Both the position numbers and the translations under genes were made by a program. Shown one piece after another: positions 57,244-64,000 of a DNA stretch of 64,000 nt. The number at the start of each line of letters is the position of its first letter. The first letter of the stretch is position 1. A model generated the notes under the pieces. That model saw only the letters and a program-made list of their open reading frames with translations. It had not been told where the DNA came from and searched no databases. Source of the DNA: Alphaproteobacteria bacterium (GTDB taxonomy: Bacteria; Pseudomonadota; Alphaproteobacteria; JBMOFM01); the NCBI GenBank assembly GCA_049318825.1, contig JBMOFM010000002.1, positions 20,632-84,631 of the forward strand. Direction: 5' to 3'.

Positions 57244-59232
57244 TTATCCCAAACTTAAAGCAATAACCGGATCAAGCTTGGCGGCTTTACGCGCTGGTAA
57301 ATAGCCAAAAACAATACCAGTGGCACAGGCACAACCAAAAGCCAATAATGGTGGGCCCAGTGAAAAAATAACCCGCATACCGCTGGCTTGCAAAATAAAT
57401 CCTAACGCAAAGCCAAGGCTAACCCCCAATACACCGCCCACCGCACATACCACCACCGATTCTGTATTAAATTGCAGCATGATGTCTTTCATGCGGGCGC
57501 CAGTAGCCATGCGAATGCCAATTTCTCTGGTGCGTTCTGTTACCGAAACCAACATGATATTCATCACCCCAATACCACCAACAATTAAGGAAATAGCAGC
57601 CACTACCCCCAATAACAAGGTGAGAGTATCTTGCGTGGCGGTAGCGGTGGCAATAACAGAAGCCATGTTGCGAATATTAAAATCTTCCACGCGGTGGCGT
57701 GCCAGCATGGTTTGGCGCACCGCTTCTTGCGTGGTATCAATATTTTTAATATCCGCCACTTTAATTGTAATATCGCTGAGAAAATTTTTGCCGAATAAAC
57801 GGATCAGGCCAGTTGAATAGGGAATAAACACCGCATCATCTTGGTCTGAACCAAAAGCATTAGCACCTTTAGGGCTTAAGGTGCCAATAATCTGCATGGG
57901 AATGTTTTTGACCATAATAAACTGGCCAATGGGGTTATCATCGGGGGCAAATAAAATATTGCGCACTGTTTGCCCCAATAAAGCCACTGGCGCATAGGTA
58001 GCAATATCGCGTTCAGTAAAAAAAATACCTTCAGCCACTGGCCAATCCCGCACATCAGGAAAAGCAGCGCCCACCCCTTGAATGATGGTTTGATAGTCTG
58101 TTTCCTCATAGCGCACGGTCATGCGGCTGCTGCGGCCGGGCACGGCAGCCATTACGTTGGGCAAATGGCTAAGGGCTATGGCATCGGCAGGCACAAGGGT
58201 GGCAATATCCCCGCTGGAACGCATCCCCGGAGCGCCCGTGCGCACAAATAATAAATTGGTGCCCATGGCACTAATCTGATCCAGCACGCTTTGTTTACTG
58301 CCAGTCCCAACCGCTAGCATGGTAACTACTGCCGCCACCCCAATAATAATGCCCAATAATGTAAGAGCGGTGCGGTATAAATTCATGCGCAACGATTTTA
58401 AGGCCATATGCACCGCTTCTTCCATGCTTTTTAGCGAAGAAAGTTCAGCCTGTTGCGGAATTTGTGCTGCATTAATTGGCGGCATGGTGGAAAGAGTAGA
58501 AGAGGGAGGAGTAATAATTTCTTCCTGCACAATTTTACCGTCTTGCAGGCGAATGATGCGCTCTGCGTGGCGGGCAACTTTTTCATCATGGGTAATCAGC
58601 ACAATGGTGTGGCCTGCACTGTGCAGATCATGCAGCAACGCCATCACATCCTGCCCGCTTTTACTATCTAAAGCGCCGGTTGGTTCATCGGCTAAAATAA
58701 GTGGTGGGTTGTTCATTAAGGCTCTGGCAATGGCCACGCGTTGTTGTTGGCCGCCGGAAAGCTGATTGGGGTGATGATTATTGCGTTCCGCCATGCCCAA
58801 TTTTTCAAGCAGCAATGTTGCCCGTTCTGTGCGTTGGCGGCGTTCTGTGCCCGCATAAATGGCGGGAATTTCCACATTTTCTAGCGCCGTTTCATTGGAT
58901 AACAGATGGTAACGCTGAAAAATAAAGCCAAAAGTTTCGCGCCGTAACCGTGCTAAGGCATCGGCATCAAGCTGGCTAACATCTTGTCCTAGCACATGAT
59001 AACTACCACCGCTTAAACGATCAAGGCAGCCAATAATATTCATTAAGGTGGTTTTGCCTGAACCCGATTGCCCCATAATGGCAATATATTCGCCTTGATG
59101 AACGGTAAGGCTAACATCATCCAGCGCTTTTACCTCATTATCCCCGCGGTTAAAAAAGCGCTGGGCGTGCTGAATGTCCAATAAAGGCACGTTCATCACA
59201 ATAGGATCATCATGTTGTGGGGGCTGGCTCAT
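57244..59232 (-). CDS. macB: MacB-type ABC exporter (ATPase + permease)
   Basis: GQSGSGKTT, LSGGQQQRV, DEPTGALD, RTALTLLGIIIG, GGIGVMNIMLVSVTERTREIG. Confidence 0.93.
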   Translation of the reverse strand: MSQPPQHDDPIVMNVPLLDIQHAQRFFNRGDNEVKALDDVSLTVHQGEYIAIMGQSGSGKTTLMNIIGCLDRLSGGSYHVLGQDVSQLDADALARLRRETFGFIFQRYHLLSNETALENVEIPAIYAGTERRQRTERATLLLEKLGMAERNNHHPNQLSGGQQQRVAIARALMNNPPLILADEPTGALDSKSGQDVMALLHDLHSAGHTIVLITHDEKVARHAERIIRLQDGKIVQEEIITPPSSTLSTMPPINAAQIPQQAELSSLKSMEEAVHMALKSLRMNLYRTALTLLGIIIGVAAVVTMLAVGTGSKQSVLDQISAMGTNLLFVRTGAPGMRSSGDIATLVPADAIALSHLPNVMAAVPGRSSRMTVRYEETDYQTIIQGVGAAFPDVRDWPVAEGIFFTERDIATYAPVALLGQTVRNILFAPDDNPIGQFIMVKNIPMQIIGTLSPKGANAFGSDQDDAVFIPYSTGLIRLFGKNFLSDITIKVADIKNIDTTQEAVRQTMLARHRVEDFNIRNMASVIATATATQDTLTLLLGVVAAISLIVGGIGVMNIMLVSVTERTREIGIRMATGARMKDIMLQFNTESVVVCAVGGVLGVSLGFALGFILQASGMRVIFSLGPPLLAFGCACATGIVFGYLPARKAAKLDPVIALSLG

Positions 59233-60446
59233 AATCTGGGCCCGCCCATACCAGCGGGGGGCATCCCACCCGTTTTTGTGCTGCTATTGGTTTTGTTGTT
59301 GCGCGCAGGAATTTGCACCACATCCCCCACGGTGAGGCCTTGGGTAATTTGGGCATGGGTGCGGTTGCTAAGCCCTGTGAAGATGGTACGAGCTTCGGTT
59401 TTTTTGTTGATGTATAATTGTATTTGGTAGGCCTTGCCTTGATCACTATCTTCTTTAGCAAGCCGCCGCCCTAAGGCTTCCAGCGGTAAAATCGGCACAT
59501 TTTCTACCTTGCCCAATTGAAAGAAAAGCTGGGTGCTCATGCCATTCATTAATAGATGTTCTGGGTTTTCTACATCAATCAACACATTATACAAAACCAC
59601 ATCATTAATCACTTCAGGGGTAGGCTGAATAAGCCTTACACGGCCTTGCCATTTTCGCTCCATATCCCCTAGGGTGGTAAAATAGGCGGGCATATTCAAT
59701 TGAATATGCGAAATATCGGCCTCAGCCACTTGTGCCCTTACGGTCATTACATCCAAATTGGCCAATTGCATCAGGGTAGGGGCCGATTGTACAGAATTGA
59801 TGGTTTGCCCTTCTCGCACTGGCAAGCTGGCCACCACCCCATCCATTGGGGCGTAAATGCGGGCAAAATCAAGATTGGTTTTATCGGCTGCTAGCTGTGA
59901 TGCTGCTTGTTCAGCTTGTGCTTTTAAGGATTTTAATTTGGCCTGCGCTTCTTTCAAGGCTGTTTCTGCCTGATCCAACGTATCTTTACTGATGGCGTGC
60001 TGCTGAAATATGGCTAAGTTGCGTTGATATTGGCGGCGGGTAAGTTCTAGGCTAGCGGCTTGGGCTTCAGCCTGTGCTTTTAAGGATTTTAATTGAGCCG
60101 TATCTTCTTCCACTTTCGATTGATAAATGCGCGAATCGATTTCTGCCAGCAATTGCCCTTTTTGAACAATATTGCCAACATCCACATGCAGTTTTTTAAT
60201 TTGCCCTGAAACCTGTAGCCCCACATCCACAAATTTACGCGGTTCCAGCTTGCCTTGAGCCGTTACAACATCGGTGATGCTACCATTTTCAACCGTGGCG
60301 GTGCGTGTGCCTGTTGGGGGATTATGGCTGGATTGATGGATAAAACCGAATAGAGCCGCACCAACCGCGATTATAATCAATAGCCCGACCCAAAAATAAC
60401 GGCGGCTCAATAAGCCCTTGGAGAAAGAATGGAGCGACATGATCAT
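59229..60446 (-). CDS. macA: MacA-type periplasmic adaptor
   Basis: N-terminal TM, VDVG.QVSGQI, IYAPMDGVV, GQTIN..Q.APT, V.EADI; start 60446 or 60440. Confidence 0.9.
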   Translation of the reverse strand: MIMSLHSFSKGLLSRRYFWVGLLIIIAVGAALFGFIHQSSHNPPTGTRTATVENGSITDVVTAQGKLEPRKFVDVGLQVSGQIKKLHVDVGNIVQKGQLLAEIDSRIYQSKVEEDTAQLKSLKAQAEAQAASLELTRRQYQRNLAIFQQHAISKDTLDQAETALKEAQAKLKSLKAQAEQAASQLAADKTNLDFARIYAPMDGVVASLPVREGQTINSVQSAPTLMQLANLDVMTVRAQVAEADISHIQLNMPAYFTTLGDMERKWQGRVRLIQPTPEVINDVVLYNVLIDVENPEHLLMNGMSTQLFFQLGKVENVPILPLEALGRRLAKEDSDQGKAYQIQLYINKKTEARTIFTGLSNRTHAQITQGLTVGDVVQIPARNNKTNSSTKTGGMPPAGMGGPRL

Positions 60447-60587
60447 ATCTATTATTGTTATGGTGGGGGCAACCAATAACTGATCTAGTGGATAAGTGTG
60501 GCAATTCAATGGAGATGATTACAGCATAATGTTGCACTGCATAAATCTCATTTGCGCTTTGTGCTTGATGTGTCGTATAATAATAAA

Positions 60588-61316
60588 ATGCACAGTCTAT
60601 TGAAACAGCCAATTTACGAATATCCAGTTTTTCGCGATCATCAGGAAATCTGGCAGCAAGTTGCCCCTAGCCTCCATAAAAAAACATTTCATAAAAATAA
60701 TGTTGTTTTTCATCATGGAAATCCAGCCCATCATTTATGGGTGGTGCTGAGTGGTTGGGTGAAAATTATACGCCAAACGCCAGATGGTAAGGAAACGGTG
60801 ATTTCTTTATGCACGGCGGGCGATTTATTTGGCGAAGCCGCACTTTTTGCTGAGGCGCATTACCCCTATAATGCCGAGATTATTGGTGAAAGCGCAGAAT
60901 TACTGGCCATTCCATCCGATATATTGCGCCAGCTTGTGAATAATCATCCATCGCTTGCAAGCAGTATTATGGCCTTGTTAAATGAGCGCACATCGCAAGC
61001 GCAGCTTAAGCTTGAGCATATGAGTACCATGTCGGCCGCCCAGCGTTTGGGATGTTTTTTCCTGCGGCTTTGTCAAAGCCAGTTGGTGGGAGAAAAAACA
61101 TTAGAAATTCCCATCGAAAAACATTTATTAGCGGCTTATTTAGGCATGAAGCCAGAAACCCTATCGCGGAGCCAACAACAGCTAAAAAATCTGGGTGTTG
61201 CTATCGATGGTCACCTGATTACCATAGAAGAAATAGCACGCTTACGCCATTTTGTGTGTAATAGCTGCTCAGAATCGGGGACTGGTGGCTGCGGTGTGGA
61301 TAGTTTAGAGCTGTAA
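60588..61316 (+). CDS. Crp/Fnr family transcriptional regulator with C-terminal Cys cluster
   Basis: cNMP-like domain GDLFGE, HTH LAAYLGMKPETLSR, tail CNSCSESGTGGC. Confidence 0.9.
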   Translation: MHSLLKQPIYEYPVFRDHQEIWQQVAPSLHKKTFHKNNVVFHHGNPAHHLWVVLSGWVKIIRQTPDGKETVISLCTAGDLFGEAALFAEAHYPYNAEIIGESAELLAIPSDILRQLVNNHPSLASSIMALLNERTSQAQLKLEHMSTMSAAQRLGCFFLRLCQSQLVGEKTLEIPIEKHLLAAYLGMKPETLSRSQQQLKNLGVAIDGHLITIEEIARLRHFVCNSCSESGTGGCGVDSLEL

Positions 61317-61481
61317 TCGGGGTGTGGGGGCGGCTGTTCTGGCTAGGCCTTATGTCACAGCTCTTATGGCTGAAAATACCCCTCAACCACAAAAAAATAC
61401 CTCCCCCAAAAAAGCCATATCACCCAAAAATTCCCCATGATATAAGGGTGGGGTGAATAGTTTGTGGCGGTGGTAGGGGTA

Positions 61482-62063
61482 ATGGCGGAAATATTGCTAA
61501 GGAAACGGTATCATGCAGCCGCTATTTTGTTGCATTGGTTGATGGCGATTGCTTTTTTGGGCATGTTAGCCAGTGGCTTGGTGATGACCGAAGATTTCTT
61601 GGATAAAAGCCAGAAATTTCAATTATATCAATGGCATAAATCCTTGGGTGTATTGCTGCTATCACTATTTTTTGTGCGCTTGATGGTGCGTTTTGTCGCC
61701 CGTAAGCCTGCCTTATCGATAAGGATGAAACCATTAGAAAAAAAAGCCGCCAATCTGGTGCATGGGCTGTTATACGCCATCATGCTATTATTGCCGTTGA
61801 GTGGTTGGGTGATGGTATCCAGCAGCCCTTATGGTTTGCCAACCATTGTATTTGGTGTGTTTGAATGGCCGCATATTCCCAAAATTGCTGCCAATCTGGC
61901 CATTGAACATAGAGCCAAAGAAGCCCATGAAATATTAGCCAATTTTTTTATGGTGCTGATTGCCTTGCATATAGGCGCGGTGCTGAAACATTGGCTGGTG
62001 GATAAAGAAAATTTATTGCCCCGCATGGGCATAGGAAAGCAACAAGAGGAGAAGAAAGCATGA
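61482..62063 (+). CDS. Cytochrome b561 (YceJ type)
   Basis: LHWLMA, WHKSLG, HGLLY, PLSGW, HE..A, LHIGAVLKH, LL.RM. Confidence 0.92.
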   Translation: MAEILLRKRYHAAAILLHWLMAIAFLGMLASGLVMTEDFLDKSQKFQLYQWHKSLGVLLLSLFFVRLMVRFVARKPALSIRMKPLEKKAANLVHGLLYAIMLLLPLSGWVMVSSSPYGLPTIVFGVFEWPHIPKIAANLAIEHRAKEAHEILANFFMVLIALHIGAVLKHWLVDKENLLPRMGIGKQQEEKKA

Positions 62064-62629
62064 AAATGTTATTATGCGCGGCTTTCTTTTGGGCAAGTAT
62101 TTCCACACAATTTTCTGCCTTGGCCATTGAATATAAGGTGGATGAGGCGCAAAGCGCGTTAAAATTTAGTGGTGTGCATGCGGGCAATCATTTTAATGGG
62201 CATTTTACGCAATGGCAGGCACATATTAATTTCGATGCTAATAATCTACCGGCCAGCCATGTGGAAGTGGAGGTGAACACAGCCAGTGCCCAAACGGGGA
62301 ATGCTATGTATGATGGCACCTTGCCCACGCTGGATTGGTTTGATGTAAAAAACTACCCTCAAGCCATTTATAAAAGCCAGAGCTTTAGCGATAATGGTGG
62401 CGGCAAATACACGGCTAAGGGCAGCTTAACCCTGCGCGATAAAACTTTGCCCGTGGAATTTACGGTGCAATTACAATTTCCAGAACAGAAAAACACCCCC
62501 ACCAAGGCCGTTTTGGCGCTTGATATTGATCGCCTAGCCTTTGGTATTGGTGGAAAATCTGACCCCAAGGCAGAATGGGTGGATAAAAATATTAAGCTGG
62601 AAGCTATTATTCTGGCGCATCCATTATAG
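62060..62629 (+). CDS. YceI family exported lipid/polyisoprenoid-binding protein
   Basis: Signal peptide, S.LKF, G.F..W, WFDV..YP.A, G.LTLRD, IDRL.FGIG. Confidence 0.9.
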   Translation: MKMLLCAAFFWASISTQFSALAIEYKVDEAQSALKFSGVHAGNHFNGHFTQWQAHINFDANNLPASHVEVEVNTASAQTGNAMYDGTLPTLDWFDVKNYPQAIYKSQSFSDNGGGKYTAKGSLTLRDKTLPVEFTVQLQFPEQKNTPTKAVLALDIDRLAFGIGGKSDPKAEWVDKNIKLEAIILAHPL

Positions 62630-62669
62630 AAAGCTCTTTCAATAGTATTTTTTGAAGGAGGTTTCTATA
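62625..62669. repeat. 45-bp palindromic repeat related to those at 1775-1817 and 28287-28329
   Basis: tatagaaagctctttcaatagtattttttgaaggaggtttctata aligns to the reverse complement of 1775-1817. Confidence 0.65.
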
Positions 62670-62689
62670 GATCATATTAGGCACATTCC

Positions 62690-63658
62690 ATGGGTGTAAA
62701 AATAAACAAGCTTAAAAAACTCGTACAGGAAGTTTTATACTGGATTCAGGGAAAGAGACGTGCCCTTAAAAAACGCAAACAGGAAGTTCTATCCTGTATT
62801 CAGGGAGAGAGACTTGCCTTTGAAACAATGATGCAACGTGTGAAAATAGCTAGCGAGCCCTTCGATAACCGCATTACTCATGATGTACTTGAAAAGATAG
62901 AAGAATACGAACAAAAAGCAAAAGAGGCAAAAAATATTGACGAACTCGACGACTTGCTTGCTGATGCTCAAGAACAGGGACAATTAAGAGCATATATCTG
63001 TCCATTTGCAGAAATACGTCATGAGGCTGATATGTCTATTGATAGAATAGAAGAATGGAATGTGCCTAAGGAAAAAATTTCTAAACTGCGAAACCTTATT
63101 GAGAATGCTAAAGACGACCCAAAAGTGGCTCGCAGTGCATTGCGCTCAATCTATGAGGAATATGATTCTTGGAATGACTACACAGATCATTATGAAGATA
63201 CAATGTCGGAATGTACCTTCTGGCTCTTCTTTGCGATTGTTGGATTGCTGGGGGCAGCATCCTTGTTGATTTGCTGTGTGCCCTTGTGCTCTGCTCCAAT
63301 TGTAGTAGTATTATTATCTGGTATGGTTGGCAGCTGTGTTAGCGTTATGGCAAAGATGCCAACACTAGAGATAAAATCATCTGGTGAACTTGTAAGTTAT
63401 CGGCGCCTGATTTTGGTGCGAATTGGCACTGGGAGTGTTGCTAGTTTGATAGGCTGTGGATTGCTTGGGTGGGGGGTATTACCTATTTCTATTCAGGGTC
63501 AAACTTTTGCTGACATATTAAACAGTTGTACAGTACCCCAACCTATATCTTGTACAGGTGTAAGCAAACTAATCTACTTAGCTGTTCCCATGATATTCGG
63601 CTTCAGTGAACGTGCACTGGCATCTTTTGAACATCATTTCGTACCAAAAAAATCTTGA
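62690..63658 (+). CDS. Hypothetical protein: helical N-domain plus about 4 TM segments (G.VGS..S / R...G..A / FGFSER pattern)
   Basis: 322-aa ORF; 54-bp tandem duplication at 62711-62818. Confidence 0.65.
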   Translation: MGVKINKLKKLVQEVLYWIQGKRRALKKRKQEVLSCIQGERLAFETMMQRVKIASEPFDNRITHDVLEKIEEYEQKAKEAKNIDELDDLLADAQEQGQLRAYICPFAEIRHEADMSIDRIEEWNVPKEKISKLRNLIENAKDDPKVARSALRSIYEEYDSWNDYTDHYEDTMSECTFWLFFAIVGLLGAASLLICCVPLCSAPIVVVLLSGMVGSCVSVMAKMPTLEIKSSGELVSYRRLILVRIGTGSVASLIGCGLLGWGVLPISIQGQTFADILNSCTVPQPISCTGVSKLIYLAVPMIFGFSERALASFEHHFVPKKS

Positions 63659-63833
63659 TCTTTACAGCTTCCTACAGCCCCATAAACAACTTTTTCCGAG
63701 ACAAGTGCTTTCCAGCTGATGGGGGATTCTTGGGGGGATGGGCGAAGGTAAGAAGGGCTGAACAATCTTATATAGCTGATTGACAATAGAATGAGGTCAT
63801 CATTTTCAATTTACCAAAATCTCCTTCTTACTT

Positions 63834-63950
63834 CCCCTTCTCCCTTTGGGAGAAGGTAGGGATGAGGGCAAAAAACAAATTCCTTTTTTCCCTCATGATC
63901 GCAAATCGTAACGCCCCCTCACCCTGCCCTCTCCCTCAAGGGAGAGGGGG
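63834..63950. repeat. Inverted pair of BoxC-like CCCTCACCC...CCCTCTCCC-N-GGGAGAGGG repeats
   Basis: ccccttctccctttgggagaaggtagggatgaggg ... ccctcaccctgccctctccctcaagggagaggggg. Confidence 0.75.
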
Positions 63951-64000
63951 TGATAGAAAAATGAAGCCATTCCCTGCTTATGTAATTTTTCCCTTTCTCT

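Noticed and set aside
56183-58925. Long antisense ORFs over tolC/macB (likewise over the ABC exporter, purH, TPR gene and dnaG)
   Set aside because: Shadow frames of well-supported genes
63660-63780. G-rich tract after the last CDS as a tRNA/tmRNA remnant or att site
   Set aside because: No cloverleaf, T-loop GTTCGA or CCA end recognisable

Overview
Chromosomal window from an alphaproteobacterium with Rhodospirillales-grade gene content (DUF1674, bolA-dnaJ-cobS, homospermidine synthase, purH-heparinase II/III-rpe-rsmB, atpBEF'F, CtrA-type boxes); the exact lineage cannot be determined from sequence alone. Housekeeping genes (rmuC, rpmE, amiC, dnaE, purH, rpe, rsmB, mutT, cobS, dnaG, yqeY, ATP synthase F0, folP, zur, hisI, macAB-tolC, crp/fnr, cytochrome b561-yceI) are interleaved with many lineage-specific orphan genes. 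I found no rRNA, tRNA, CRISPR array, transposase or prophage. Most notable observations: (1) a 318-aa protein with two PanD (aspartate decarboxylase) domains that appear to have lost complementary active-site residues, divergent from homospermidine synthase; (2) a translationally coupled peroxiredoxin / APH-fold kinase / HisD-paralog operon with rewritten Zn and substrate ligands; (3) tandem HNH nucleases lying between atpF and a displaced atpI; (4) several signal-peptide-less orphans (dead M48 peptidase, GS-fold protein, HNH proteins) with similar C-terminal tails, possibly a secretion signal; (5) dispersed palindromic elements with (T)ATAG...CTAT(A) ends, including a 150-bp RPE-like element upstream of two DUF4402 pilin-like genes that carry CtrA boxes; (6) an inverted DnaA-box pair separated exactly by a GANTC site upstream of yqeY-dnaG. 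All family assignments come from motif recognition by eye, not database searches.
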